DNA of 40,361 nucleotides from Candidatus Anderseniibacteriota bacterium (lineage in GTDB: Bacteria > Patescibacteriota > Andersenbacteria > UBA10190), in contig JBBEDC010000012.1 in the NCBI GenBank assembly GCA_040881505.1, positions 1 through 40,361 of the forward strand, read 5' to 3'. Shown here one piece after another: positions 8,061 to 18,089 of this stretch. Within the stretch, counting starts at the first letter, position 1. Each line of letters starts with the position of its first letter. Under the pieces are notes generated by a model. That model saw only the letters and a list, made by a program, of their open reading frames with translations. It was not told the origin of the DNA and searched no databases. The position numbers and the translations under genes are program-made.

Positions 8061-9326
8061 TCATTTATTCGCTCCAGATTTGATTGTCGTAAACGGAAGA
8101 TAGGTATGGAGGGCCTGCGGGATAGAAATAGAGCCATCTGGCCGCTGATGGTTTTCGATAATGGCGATGAGGATTCGGCTTAAGGCAATGGCGGTACCGT
8201 TGAGCAGGTGAGCCTTCACACTCTTTCCTTCAGCGGTGCGGGTACGGATATTCAGACGCCGTGCCTGATAGTCGGTCGTGTTGCTGGCTGAATGGGTTTC
8301 CCGGTACGTCCGCTCGCTGGGGATCCATGTTTGGATATCGTATGTTTTGGCCGAAGGCGATCCAGTGTCGTGAGCTGCCAGCTTTACCACGCGGTACGGC
8401 AGCTCTAAGGCATCCATGATAGCTTTCTGCTGCGCAACAATGAACTCGTGTTCGGTATTTGAATCTTCCGGGCGCGTAAAGCTGAACATCTCCACCTTAT
8501 CAAACTGATGCAGTCGCAGGATTCCTTTTACGTCCTTGCCGTGGCTACCGGCTTCGCGGCGAAAACATGGAGAGATACCGACATATCGCAGCGGCTTCTC
8601 GAGATCCAGAATTTCGTTGCTGTGCATCGGCCCTAATGCCTGCTCGCTGGTTCCGACGAGGTAGAGGTTATCTTGCGTGCGGTATACCTCTTCTTTTCCA
8701 GCTTGGTCTAAATATCCCATGCCGGCCATCGAGTCTTCCTTGACTAGGACGGGCGGGATAACGGGAGTGAATCCTTGGGGAGTAAGCTGATCGACAACGT
8801 AACTGACAAGCGCTAACTCTAAGCGCGCCAGCTGTCCTTTTATATACACAAACCGGCTGCCGGAAACCTTTGCCGCTCGCTCAAGATCAATCTCATCTCC
8901 GAGAAGAGACAGGTAATCGCGCTGAACACTCTCTGGCTGCTTAACGCTTCCCTCGTACGATATTTCAAAATCATCTTCTCCGCCGTCGGGTACGTCGTCG
9001 GATAGTATATTCGGAAGACTGCGCCACAGCTGATCGCGTTGCTCGGCTGCGGATTGCAGCTCACCAGCAAGGTCTTTTTCTTGTGCAGACACCTCTCTCA
9101 TTTCAGCAATCAGTGTCTGACGCTGCGCATCGGGCGCGCTTTGTATTTGCTCATTGGCTGTATTCTTCTGAGCCCGCAGGCTCTCCACTTGCTCCGCTAA
9201 TTCTCGCCACTTAACATCTGCTTCCAGCAGCTGGTCAATCTGTGCCCCATCAACGCCGCGCCGTTTGAGAGCGGATATGCATGCTTGCCTGGTGTCTTCA
9301 TTTCGCAAAAGGGTAATATCAATCAT
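8061..9326 (-). CDS. serS: serine--tRNA ligase
   Basis: 421 aa. N-terminal coiled-coil arm and class II core (FRREAGSHGKDVKGILRLHQFDKVE, NGTAIA..R). ATGA overlap with the lysS stop. Confidence 0.95.
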   Translation of the reverse strand: MIDITLLRNEDTRQACISALKRRGVDGAQIDQLLEADVKWRELAEQVESLRAQKNTANEQIQSAPDAQRQTLIAEMREVSAQEKDLAGELQSAAEQRDQLWRSLPNILSDDVPDGGEDDFEISYEGSVKQPESVQRDYLSLLGDEIDLERAAKVSGSRFVYIKGQLARLELALVSYVVDQLTPQGFTPVIPPVLVKEDSMAGMGYLDQAGKEEVYRTQDNLYLVGTSEQALGPMHSNEILDLEKPLRYVGISPCFRREAGSHGKDVKGILRLHQFDKVEMFSFTRPEDSNTEHEFIVAQQKAIMDALELPYRVVKLAAHDTGSPSAKTYDIQTWIPSERTYRETHSASNTTDYQARRLNIRTRTAEGKSVKAHLLNGTAIALSRILIAIIENHQRPDGSISIPQALHTYLPFTTIKSGANK

Positions 9327-10795
9327 CGCTCTGGTCTTAGAAGAGGAAAGAGAATGGTATCACGCAGAGTAGCGCTATCAGTCAGTAGCATCGTTAAGCG
9401 ATCTACACCCAAGCCGAAGCCGGCCGTCGGCGGCATGCCGTATTCCATTGCTCGCAAATATGCCTCATCAACTTCCTGAGCTTCTTCATCACCCGCTTCG
9501 CGTGCGGCTTGCTGCTCTTCGAAGCGAGCGCGCTGCTCAACCGGATCATTTTGTTCAGTATATGCTTTTACAACTTCAGTGCCGGCAACCAACAGCTGGA
9601 ACATTTCGGCAATGCGAGGATCAGATACGCTGCGTTTAGCCAGAGGTACCATCTCGTATGGATAGTCGTAAATGAGAGTCGGCTGTACTAATGTAGGGCG
9701 AACCAGTTCCTTATATAGCTCATCGACGAGCTTGGCATATCCCTGCGCTTTTGGCACTTCAATTCCTTCTTTTTCCAGCATTTGAACATATACGGCCGGA
9801 TCTTTTTCTTCGAGAATATCAACTCCCAGCCGTTCGCTCACCAGCGTGACATACCGCTCTCGCTTGAACGGTGCAGCAAATGACAGCTTGTGATCTTGCC
9901 AGGTCACCGTGTCCGTACCTTTGAGTTCTTGAACTAATGAGGCAACCATCTTCTCTGTCATATCCATTGCATCTTCGTAATCAGCGCCAGCCCAGTAATA
10001 TTCGAGCATGGTGAATTCGGGATTATGCTGTTTGCTAATTCCTTCGTTGCGAAAGTTACGCCCGATTTCAAATACTTTTTCAAATCCTCCGACGATCAAG
10101 CGCTTGAGATATAGTTCGGGAGCAATTCGCAGATACAGCTCCATGTCGAGTGTGTTGTGGTGAGTTGCGAACGGACGCGCAGCTGCTCCGCCGGCAATGG
10201 GCTGCAGGATTGGCGTCTCAACTTCTAGGAATCCATCGACGGTAAGATATCTGCGCAACCAGTCTGTAATTTTTCCGCGCATCAAGAACGTTTCGCGCAC
10301 GTGTTCATTTAAAAGAAGATCAACCTCACGCTGCCGGTAGCGAGTTTCATGGTCTTTTAAGCCAAACCAAGTATCAGGAAGCGGTCGAATCGCTTTGCTG
10401 ACCACATGAAACTCAGACACGGCTATGGTCTGAGTGCCTCGCTTGGTAGTCGTTAGAACCCCAGCGGCCTCAATCCAGTCGCCGGTGTCGAGTGTCTCTA
10501 GTCGATCGAATATTTCTGACGGTACCTCATCTTTTGTAAGCTGCAGCTGGAAGGTGCCGGTGTAGTCAGTGAGATCAATGAAGGCTAGGGCGCCGTGTTT
10601 GCGGATAGAAGTAATACGTCCCCAGACGACTACGGGCGTACTTTCAGCCTGGAGCTGTTCAAATTGCTCTACCAGCTGGGCTGTCGTATGGCTGCGGCGT
10701 ACCTCAGCCGGGTATGGCACCTGTCCGCTCTCTAGCAGCTTCTCACGCTTTTCCAGGCGGCTGGATCGCATCTCTTCTAGTCGTGGCGTTGTCAT
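9323..10795 (-). CDS. lysS: lysine--tRNA ligase (class II)
   Basis: OB-fold N-terminal domain plus class II core (FRNEGIS.QHNPEFTMLE, GFGLGVDRLTMLL). The ATG at 10795 (MTTPRLEEM) is preferred; the ORF track extends to a TTG at 10840. Confidence 0.93.
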   Translation of the reverse strand: MTTPRLEEMRSSRLEKREKLLESGQVPYPAEVRRSHTTAQLVEQFEQLQAESTPVVVWGRITSIRKHGALAFIDLTDYTGTFQLQLTKDEVPSEIFDRLETLDTGDWIEAAGVLTTTKRGTQTIAVSEFHVVSKAIRPLPDTWFGLKDHETRYRQREVDLLLNEHVRETFLMRGKITDWLRRYLTVDGFLEVETPILQPIAGGAAARPFATHHNTLDMELYLRIAPELYLKRLIVGGFEKVFEIGRNFRNEGISKQHNPEFTMLEYYWAGADYEDAMDMTEKMVASLVQELKGTDTVTWQDHKLSFAAPFKRERYVTLVSERLGVDILEEKDPAVYVQMLEKEGIEVPKAQGYAKLVDELYKELVRPTLVQPTLIYDYPYEMVPLAKRSVSDPRIAEMFQLLVAGTEVVKAYTEQNDPVEQRARFEEQQAAREAGDEEAQEVDEAYLRAMEYGMPPTAGFGLGVDRLTMLLTDSATLRDTILFPLLRPER

Positions 10796-10851
10796 AGCCG
10801 TAAGCGTAGCGCAGAACGCCGCCAGGCTCAATACGCACAAGCCTTTAGTTA

Positions 10852-11307
10852 TTAGCTAATCTGCTTGACCTTGCATTCCTTCTCTCCAGTTGGAGTTGGA
10901 ATGCTAACCTTCTCGCCTTTCTTGCGACCGAGTAAAGCTTGCCCCATCGGAGATTCGTTACTGATCTTTCCTTCCATTGGATTCGCTTCATTTGATCCAA
11001 CGATACGATACGTCTTTTCACTGCCAGAGCAGTCAAGCGTTACCGTGTTGCCGATGCTCACTTCACCGTTATCAGCATCTTTAATGACTTGAGCATTTTT
11101 TAGTGTTGATTCTAGTTCAGCGATTTCCTGCTCAAGCCGGTTTTGTTCCTCTTTTGCACTTTGATACTCCGCGTTTTCAGACAGATCTCCCTGTTCTTTT
11201 GCAGTATGGATGGCTTCAGCGATTTCACGGCGGCGGGTAGTTTTGAGGCTATGCAGTTTTTCCTGTAAGTCAGTTAAACCTTCTTGAGTTAGGTATTGCT
11301 CTTTCAT
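10852..11307 (-). CDS. greA: transcription elongation factor GreA
   Basis: 151 aa. Coiled-coil N-terminus with GDLSENAEYQSAKEEQ, and the C-terminal FKBP-like domain. Confidence 0.95.
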   Translation of the reverse strand: MKEQYLTQEGLTDLQEKLHSLKTTRRREIAEAIHTAKEQGDLSENAEYQSAKEEQNRLEQEIAELESTLKNAQVIKDADNGEVSIGNTVTLDCSGSEKTYRIVGSNEANPMEGKISNESPMGQALLGRKKGEKVSIPTPTGEKECKVKQIS

Positions 11308-11441
11308 ATGCTGCTTTTAGTGAGTTAAAAAAAGGAGAGCTCTAATGGCCCATAAATTTCGTATGTGGAGCTAGTGTATCTAGTTAAAGGAAACGGTCAA
11401 GGAGGAGTTTTTCACACTTTGTCATATCTTTTTGACAGCCA

Positions 11442-13253
11442 TTACTCCTCTATCCGGTTATCAGCCCACCACTGCCATATTTCCTTAGCAAACGGCACTG
11501 CATCCTTATCTCCTTCTCCTCCTTTCTCCAACAAGACTGTTAATACAAGCTCTGGTTGCTCATAGGGTCCAAAGCTGGCAAACCAGGCGTGGGTAGCTTC
11601 TGTGCCTCCAACCTGGGCTGTTCCAGTTTTACCGGCTAGGGAGATAGGGAGGGATTCCAGCAGCCGGCCTGATCCCTCCGTTACCGTTTGCCGCATCCCT
11701 TCTCGTACCTCGTGCACGACCTCGGAGGATACCGGCAAAGCCTGCTGCCCTACATCGTCCGTATTCACTAAATGAGGTCGGTAAAGATATCTGCCGTTTG
11801 CGATACCGGCGGACGCCACGGCAATCTGCAGCGGCGTAACTAATACATCCCCTTGTCCGATTCCTAGGTGATATGTATCTCCAATATACCAGCGCTCTTG
11901 TTTAACTCGCTCCTTCCATTCAGGAGTCGGCAGGAGACCCGAGGCTTCTGAGGGCAGGTCAATGCCCGTTTTAGATCCCCAGTTAAACCCAGCCAGGTAT
12001 TCAACGGTCTTTTCAACTCCGAGCCCTCTGCGCTGCTCATCGCCGCCGGTAATGAGATAGAAGAAGGTGTTAACCGATTCGGCGATCGCTTTGTGGACGT
12101 CGGTTACGCCATGGCCACCGGCTTTCCAGTCTGGGAAAGACCAGGGGCCAATCGATATGCCGCCGGTGGATAGGAAGGTGGTACTGGGTGTTACAATTCC
12201 TTCCTGTAGCGCAGCGGAGGCAATGAACGGTTTTATAACCGACCCGGAGGCGAACGTACCGTCAACAGCCCGATTGAACAGTGGGTTGAGCGAATCTTGG
12301 AAGAAGGCGCTGACTTCTCGTTGCTTGGAAGGTTGAGAGAACGCGTTCGGATCGAATGCTGGGTAGCTGACGAGTGATATAACCTCCCCGTTGCGGGGAT
12401 CGATAGCAATGACTGCGCCGCTGACCGGATCACCACCCTCTTCCTTCTTCTTTTGATCACGTTCGGAGAAAAGGCTGTAGATAAACGACTGCATTTCGTT
12501 ATCGATCGTTAACTGGATATCCTGACCGGAAATAGGTTCAGTATGTCCTAAGTCTGTTTGCGATTTTCCGGCAGCATTGATTTCGGTTTGGGCAGTTCCG
12601 TGCGTACCGCGCAGGATTTGCTCATACACTTTTTCAATACCCTGTTTTCCGGTAGTGTCGGTGGGATATAGGGTTGGATCTTGTTCCAGTTCCTGGGCCG
12701 TTACGCTGTTGGTATATCCAAGGAGGTGGGCGGCAAACGGCCCTTGCGGATATTTACGGACCAAGGAAGACACGAGCTTGGCGCCCGCAATGGTACTGCC
12801 GGCCTCTTGGAGGCGCAGAACGGTGTTGTGATCCATGGCTTTCATTAATAATACCGGCTGCTGCCTCGTTCGGGCTTTGGCAATTGCCTCCGTGATAGTC
12901 GTTGCCGGTATATCAGGCAGCAGTGGCACCAAGGCATCAATGAGCGAGCTTTCGTTTTCAGTCGCCGGTAGCAGCCGCGGGTCGATAACTAGATCAGTGC
13001 TTGATATATTTTCCACCAAGGCCGTGCCGTGGCGATCGTAAATGATGCCGCGGGCGGCTGGAACCAAGGATACATCCACTCGGTTGTGCTCTGCGGTTTC
13101 TCGAAACCGCGAACCCTCCACTACTTGCAGGAAGAAGCTGCGAGACACTAAGGCAATGACAGTTATCCAGAGAATAACCCACAAAAAAGAGAACCGCCGT
13201 TTATCAGGGCGAGGCTTAGGGGCTGTACTTTCAATAAAGGAAATGTCGTTCAT
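11442..13253 (-). CDS. mrdA: penicillin-binding protein 2 (elongasome transpeptidase)
   Basis: 603 aa. N-terminal TM, SVIK (SxxK) and KTGTA motifs. Located directly after mreBCD. Confidence 0.9.
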   Translation of the reverse strand: MNDISFIESTAPKPRPDKRRFSFLWVILWITVIALVSRSFFLQVVEGSRFRETAEHNRVDVSLVPAARGIIYDRHGTALVENISSTDLVIDPRLLPATENESSLIDALVPLLPDIPATTITEAIAKARTRQQPVLLMKAMDHNTVLRLQEAGSTIAGAKLVSSLVRKYPQGPFAAHLLGYTNSVTAQELEQDPTLYPTDTTGKQGIEKVYEQILRGTHGTAQTEINAAGKSQTDLGHTEPISGQDIQLTIDNEMQSFIYSLFSERDQKKKEEGGDPVSGAVIAIDPRNGEVISLVSYPAFDPNAFSQPSKQREVSAFFQDSLNPLFNRAVDGTFASGSVIKPFIASAALQEGIVTPSTTFLSTGGISIGPWSFPDWKAGGHGVTDVHKAIAESVNTFFYLITGGDEQRRGLGVEKTVEYLAGFNWGSKTGIDLPSEASGLLPTPEWKERVKQERWYIGDTYHLGIGQGDVLVTPLQIAVASAGIANGRYLYRPHLVNTDDVGQQALPVSSEVVHEVREGMRQTVTEGSGRLLESLPISLAGKTGTAQVGGTEATHAWFASFGPYEQPELVLTVLLEKGGEGDKDAVPFAKEIWQWWADNRIEE

Positions 13254-13774
13254 GAGCGAAATGTATGAGGGTTAGCAGCGTCTTGCTGCGGAGGAAACAC
13301 CTCATACCATAAGATTATACCCATATACATCACTATCGTAGTGGTAGATGCACTAAGAAGGAAAGGAGTGATTGGCAGCGAATGCCATATTTGACGCCAC
13401 ATATCCATTGTCTGCCACATGGGAATGAGAGGCGCAACCCCAATTAAAAGAAGCTGGAGAGCCACCGTTAGGCTTACTACCGCTAAAAAACTGCCTGATA
13501 GACGAGGTTCTACCTTCGAAAATACTCGGTGAGAGCCAAACGGCAGCAATACAACTGCCGTTGCAACTCCAGGAGGGAGGAAGGAAAATAGTTCGGCTAA
13601 TACAACGAGGAGAACGACGACTGGGGCAGGCGCGATCGTAAAGGCCATAAACAGGGATATCGTAACTGGCGCAACGAGGTAAGAGGCCAGATAGTCCTGC
13701 AGTATTACATGCATCAAGCTCAAGAAGACGATGCCAATGCCCAGAAAGAGATATTTACGGCCAGTTGTCCTCAT
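13250..13774 (-). CDS. mreD: rod shape-determining protein MreD (by position and topology)
   Basis: 174-aa polytopic membrane protein. Overlaps the mreC stop and the pbp2 start by 4 nt each. Confidence 0.6.
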   Translation of the reverse strand: MRTTGRKYLFLGIGIVFLSLMHVILQDYLASYLVAPVTISLFMAFTIAPAPVVVLLVVLAELFSFLPPGVATAVVLLPFGSHRVFSKVEPRLSGSFLAVVSLTVALQLLLIGVAPLIPMWQTMDMWRQIWHSLPITPFLLSASTTTIVMYMGIILWYEVFPPQQDAANPHTFRS

Positions 13775-14532
13775 GGAGCAACCAGAACAGTAACAGTATC
13801 CACCCGGTCGAGATCGTACGGCAGCGCCACACGGGCCTGCTGGTAGGCTTCGTGTTCTTGATTATGGATGTTTGTCAGCGACCCGAGCATTAAGCCCCCT
13901 GGAATGGCAGTGTCTTGCGAGGTTGTTACTACCGCCTGCCCGTCCTGCAGTGGCAGATCGCGCGGTACAGTCGTCATGTGCAGTGAGGTAAAGTTGCGCG
14001 ATTCTAATAATCCCCGTCCAGCAGGATCATCGCTGTCTTGCGGAATGGTTTCCACCGTTAGGCTCGTTTGCGGGTGCAGCAGCGAAGTTATAACAGCGGA
14101 GCGTTCCCCCACCTCGCTGACAAGCCCCACCAGCACAGAGCCGTTGATAACGGCGGGAGCGTTAATCGTAATCCCGTCTCTGATTCCCTTGTTAATCACC
14201 AACTGAGATTGAAAGGTATTGAGCGGACGCGCGATAACGCGAGCGGCGACTCCCTGATATGACTCGAACGCTGGAGAGCCGAGTTGAGCTTGAAGCCGGG
14301 CGTATTCCTGCAGTTGGGATTTCAGGCGGACGTTTTCAGCCCGCAGCTCGTTGAGTTGGGTATATACAGCCTCCTCGGGATAGATGCGAGTACCGCCTAT
14401 TCTGGCAACCGTAACCGTCGCGACAGTCCAGGCTGCGTCTCGAATCGAGCGCATGATTGGTGTTTGCAAGAATGCAAAACCAAGCAGGACAACGGCGAGT
14501 ATGATAAGCGCTACTATGCTGCGTGTTTGCAT
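13771..14532 (-). CDS. mreC: rod shape-determining protein MreC
   Basis: 253 aa. TM anchor, coiled coil (LRAENVRLKSQLQEYARLQAQL), then a beta-rich domain. Positioned after mreB. Confidence 0.85.
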   Translation of the reverse strand: MQTRSIVALIILAVVLLGFAFLQTPIMRSIRDAAWTVATVTVARIGGTRIYPEEAVYTQLNELRAENVRLKSQLQEYARLQAQLGSPAFESYQGVAARVIARPLNTFQSQLVINKGIRDGITINAPAVINGSVLVGLVSEVGERSAVITSLLHPQTSLTVETIPQDSDDPAGRGLLESRNFTSLHMTTVPRDLPLQDGQAVVTTSQDTAIPGGLMLGSLTNIHNQEHEAYQQARVALPYDLDRVDTVTVLVAP

Positions 14533-14585
14533 AGGTATAGCGTAGCGAAAATGGCTCTCGGCTGGAAGTGAAACAAAAACAAGGC

Positions 14586-15644
14586 TTACTTAAGCTGTGA
14601 GTTATGCACTGATGGGAGGAGGACTTCCTGAAGAGATTCCAGATCCTCCAAAACAATACCCGTACCGCGCACCACTACAGTGAGTGGATCATCTGCCACG
14701 TGGGTTCGAATTTGAGTTTCTCGGGCAATCGTCTCATCCAGTCCGCGCAGCAGCGCTCCTCCGCCGGCCAAGAATATGCCTTGCTCGATAATATCGGAAA
14801 TGAGTTCTGGCGGCGTTGCCTCGATAACTTCCTTTACCGCCTCGACGATGCTATGGATCGAGCGCTGCATCGCCTCTCTGGCTTGAGGGGCGCTCATGAT
14901 GATCTCCTTAGGCAGTCCGGTTACCAGATCCCTCCCGCGGATCGGAGCTTCTAAGGAATCGTCAGAATCAACCGCGCTGCCGATGCGAATCTTTATTTCT
15001 TCCGCACTGCGCTCGCCAATTAACATATTGAAATGGTCGCGAACGTACTGAACGATATTTTCGTTGAGTTCGTCCCCAGCAATACGCAGAGTTCGATTTA
15101 CGACGATACCTCCTAGGGAGATAACGGAAATCTCGGTCGTTCCGCCGCCGATATCAACTATGATATTCCCTTTTGCTTCATGAATCGGCATGCGGGCCCC
15201 GATAGCCGCCGCCATAGATTCTTCAATTAAAAACACTGCTCGGGCCCCGGCTCGCAGACTGGCTTCTTCTACGGCTCTACGCTCTACTTCCGTAACCGAG
15301 GATGGAATGCCGATAACGATTCGCGGGCGGGGCATGAAGTGGAACCCGTTTTCGTGCACTTTTTGAATGAAGTAACTTAACATCTGTTCGGTTACTTCAA
15401 AGTCCGAGATAACTCCATCGCGTAGTGGACGTACAGCAACGATATGAGCCGGGGTTCGCCCCACCATGCGCTGGGCTTCCTTTCCGATCGCCAATACCTG
15501 TCCTGTTTTCTTATTAATTGCCACAACCGAAGGTTCATTAATAATGATCCCTTCGCCTGGTACGTATACTAAAGTATTGGCTGTTCCCAAATCGATGCCG
15601 ATGTCTTGGGAAAACTTGCCAAGCATGTTATTTACAAATCCCAC
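14586..15644 (-). CDS. mreB: rod shape-determining protein MreB
   Basis: Actin-fold motifs DIGIDLGTANT, VDIGGGTTE, LAGGGALLRGLD. The true start may be the ATG at 15626 (MLGKFSQDIG). Confidence 0.95.
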   Translation of the reverse strand: MGFVNNMLGKFSQDIGIDLGTANTLVYVPGEGIIINEPSVVAINKKTGQVLAIGKEAQRMVGRTPAHIVAVRPLRDGVISDFEVTEQMLSYFIQKVHENGFHFMPRPRIVIGIPSSVTEVERRAVEEASLRAGARAVFLIEESMAAAIGARMPIHEAKGNIIVDIGGGTTEISVISLGGIVVNRTLRIAGDELNENIVQYVRDHFNMLIGERSAEEIKIRIGSAVDSDDSLEAPIRGRDLVTGLPKEIIMSAPQAREAMQRSIHSIVEAVKEVIEATPPELISDIIEQGIFLAGGGALLRGLDETIARETQIRTHVADDPLTVVVRGTGIVLEDLESLQEVLLPSVHNSQLK

Positions 15645-15656
15645 AACTTATTTCAA

Positions 15657-16889
15657 TTAATTGGTAATCTGCTCAAGGCAAGTATCAAGGCTCATCAGTT
15701 CCGCGTCTGTCTCACCCCTGCGCTTTACTTCTATCTGATCCCCGGTTTTTTTCGATACAACCAGGCGGTATGGAATACCTAGTAGGTCAGCATCAGAAAA
15801 CTTGTCACCTGGTGACACCTTCCGATCGTCATACAACACATCAACACCAGCCTCGGTGAGGGTGTTGTAGATCGTTTCAGCTTGAGCGTGAACTGTTGGA
15901 TCATCTCCATTCAGCTCCGCTAGATACACTATGTAGGGAGCAACGCTCATCGGCCAGAGTATTCCACGCTCATCATGGAATTTTTCAACCAGCACGCCCA
16001 TGATGCGACTCGTACCAATGCCGTAGCAGGCCATGTGTACCAGCTTTTGCTGTCCGTCTTCGTCCTGAAATCGATACCCGAAGGCTTCAGTATACTTCGT
16101 TCCCAGCGGGAAAATATTTCCGACCTCGGTTGCAGTATATTCGACGGATGTAGCCTGTACCTTGTCGCTTGCCACTTCCTTGTTCCAACCTTCCCCGTTT
16201 TCTTCTATGTAAATGGTATCCTCTCCGGTTTCACACGCAGTCTGGAATTCGTGGGAATAGTCTTTGGTAAAATCTCCGCCTGATGCTTTAACGATATATG
16301 TATCATCTCCTAAGCCCACTCGCCTGAAGACGTTCATATATACCTCTTTGGCTTTCTCGTAATACTCCTGCAAGTCTTCGGGACTCGCATGGAAGCTATA
16401 TAAATCTTTCATACGAAATTCCCGGCCGCGCATTAGCCCGGACTTTGGCCGCGCTTCATTGCGGAACTTTGTCTGGATTTGGTAAACGGCAAACGGCAAG
16501 TCCTTGTAGCTCGGCTTCATTTTTTGAGCAATGGGCGTAACCAGTTCCTCATGAGTCGGATTGATAATGAACGAACTATCGTTCTTCTTGAGTGATGTTT
16601 CATTAGCGCCTCGAGCTTCAAGTAATATATCAATTCCAGTTCGTTTTGTTTGCTCCCATAAACTACGGGGAGATAGTGTAGGCATTAACATCTCAGATCC
16701 AATTGCATTCATTTCCTCCCGCACGATGTTCTCTATTTTCGTGAGCACACGCAATCCAAGCGGTAAATATGAATACACACCAGCCATCGTCTGGTCGATA
16801 AAGCCCCCTTTGATTAGATAGGTGGCGTTAATTGAATCGTATTGTTTAGATTCTTTAGTTGTCTTCAGGAGAAGCTGAGAGTATCGCAT
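15657..16889 (-). CDS. proS: proline--tRNA ligase, short form without INS editing domain
   Basis: 410 aa. The N-terminus MRYSQLLLKTTKE...AGVYSYLPLGLRVL is ProRS-like, with a class II core and a C-terminal anticodon-binding domain. The length leaves no room for the ~180-aa bacterial INS insertion. Confidence 0.88.
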   Translation of the reverse strand: MRYSQLLLKTTKESKQYDSINATYLIKGGFIDQTMAGVYSYLPLGLRVLTKIENIVREEMNAIGSEMLMPTLSPRSLWEQTKRTGIDILLEARGANETSLKKNDSSFIINPTHEELVTPIAQKMKPSYKDLPFAVYQIQTKFRNEARPKSGLMRGREFRMKDLYSFHASPEDLQEYYEKAKEVYMNVFRRVGLGDDTYIVKASGGDFTKDYSHEFQTACETGEDTIYIEENGEGWNKEVASDKVQATSVEYTATEVGNIFPLGTKYTEAFGYRFQDEDGQQKLVHMACYGIGTSRIMGVLVEKFHDERGILWPMSVAPYIVYLAELNGDDPTVHAQAETIYNTLTEAGVDVLYDDRKVSPGDKFSDADLLGIPYRLVVSKKTGDQIEVKRRGETDAELMSLDTCLEQITN

Positions 16890-16893
16890 ACCA

Positions 16894-17970
16894 TTAAATA
16901 TATCGCTGCACGTCTTTGAAGGTAATCAACACCATTAAGGCGATGAGAAATACAAATCCGGCAGTATGTACAACTGATTCTATCTTGCCGGGAACTCTCC
17001 GGCCCAGGATCTTTTCTAGTATAACAAAGAGGATACGGCCTCCGTCCAGAGCTGGAAACGGCAGTATGTTTATAATCGCAAGATTGATACTAATTAAAGC
17101 CGCAAACTCAAGCAGGTACGGCAATCCCATCTGCGTCGCCTCGTTGGTATATACCGCGATGGCTATCGGGCCTGATAACGCCTCCCCCACCTGGCCTTCG
17201 CTGAACAGACGCTGAAGCAGAAGGCCGAACTGAGTGACAATGGCGACTGTTAGCTGCCCGGTCCGCTTTACTCCCTCCCACGGAGTTTTCCACCAAGCAG
17301 TTTTTTCAAGTCCAGTAGAGGCCAGCGAGATACCCAGCGCTCCTTCGCCTTCTGGCGGGTTAGCTCGCGCCAACACTTCCTTATCAATCCGCTGGCCCTG
17401 CCGATCGATCTCCAGCGTCAGGGTTTCACCAGAACGTTCTTGCACAATAGTTTGGACGTCATCGACGGTTGGGTCCATAACTGATCCGATGCTCACAATG
17501 CGATCAAATTCTTTTAGCTCTGCCTCAGCTGCGGGCGTATCTTCTCCAACCCCCAAAATGTATGTCTTGTGATCAGTCAGCAGGTGCGCATTCTCATCTG
17601 TGACGAGTGTTGGAGCACCAATGCCGGATTGAATACCTAATAGAACAACCGCCAAGACAATATTCATTACAACACCAGCAGCCAGGATAATAATGCGCCA
17701 GGTGGCAGACTTGCTGGCAAAGCTGTCGGGCCCGGGATCCTCCTGATCCATATTCTCCCCCGTAATTTTCACGAACCCACCGATTGGCAACAAGTTAAAG
17801 GACCATCGCGTTCCGTTTTTCACAAACGAGGCTACCCGAGGCGGGAATCCAAAGCCGAATTCCTCCACGGTACACCCTGCTTTTTTAGCAGCGAAATAAT
17901 GGCCCCACTCGTGCACTAACACGAGTACGAGAAGCATGACGATAAAGACAATCACGGCAAGCCAAATCAT
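16894..17970 (-). CDS. rseP: RIP metalloprotease RseP (site-2 protease)
   Basis: 358 aa. HEWGHY (HExxH) in TM1, one PDZ-like segment, and a C-terminal LDGG motif (PFPALDGGR). Confidence 0.9.
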   Translation of the reverse strand: MIWLAVIVFIVMLLVLVLVHEWGHYFAAKKAGCTVEEFGFGFPPRVASFVKNGTRWSFNLLPIGGFVKITGENMDQEDPGPDSFASKSATWRIIILAAGVVMNIVLAVVLLGIQSGIGAPTLVTDENAHLLTDHKTYILGVGEDTPAAEAELKEFDRIVSIGSVMDPTVDDVQTIVQERSGETLTLEIDRQGQRIDKEVLARANPPEGEGALGISLASTGLEKTAWWKTPWEGVKRTGQLTVAIVTQFGLLLQRLFSEGQVGEALSGPIAIAVYTNEATQMGLPYLLEFAALISINLAIINILPFPALDGGRILFVILEKILGRRVPGKIESVVHTAGFVFLIALMVLITFKDVQRYI

Positions 17971-18016
17971 GGGGTTCAGCGTACCGGGAATTAGCTGGTT
18001 TTACTAGCCTTCCTTC

Positions 18017-18045
18017 TTGCTATATATACAAATATATGAGATATT
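18017..18045 (+). promoter_or_regulatory. possible sigma70-like promoter of the NYN cassette
   Basis: TTGCTA, 17 nt, GATATT, about 45 nt upstream of the ATG at 18090. Only 4/6 matches in each hexamer. Confidence 0.3.
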
Positions 18046-18089
18046 CACCATAGTTTTGAACATTGTCAATGAAACGAAAGGAGAGACCC

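Noticed and set aside
11320-11375. AAAGGAGAG followed by a 9-codon plus-strand ORF (MAHKFRMWS) in the pbp2-greA spacer
   Set aside because: It is too short and lies on the strand opposite the operon. The T7/A7 run here more likely belongs to the greA upstream or pbp2 downstream region. I could not draw a convincing terminator hairpin either.
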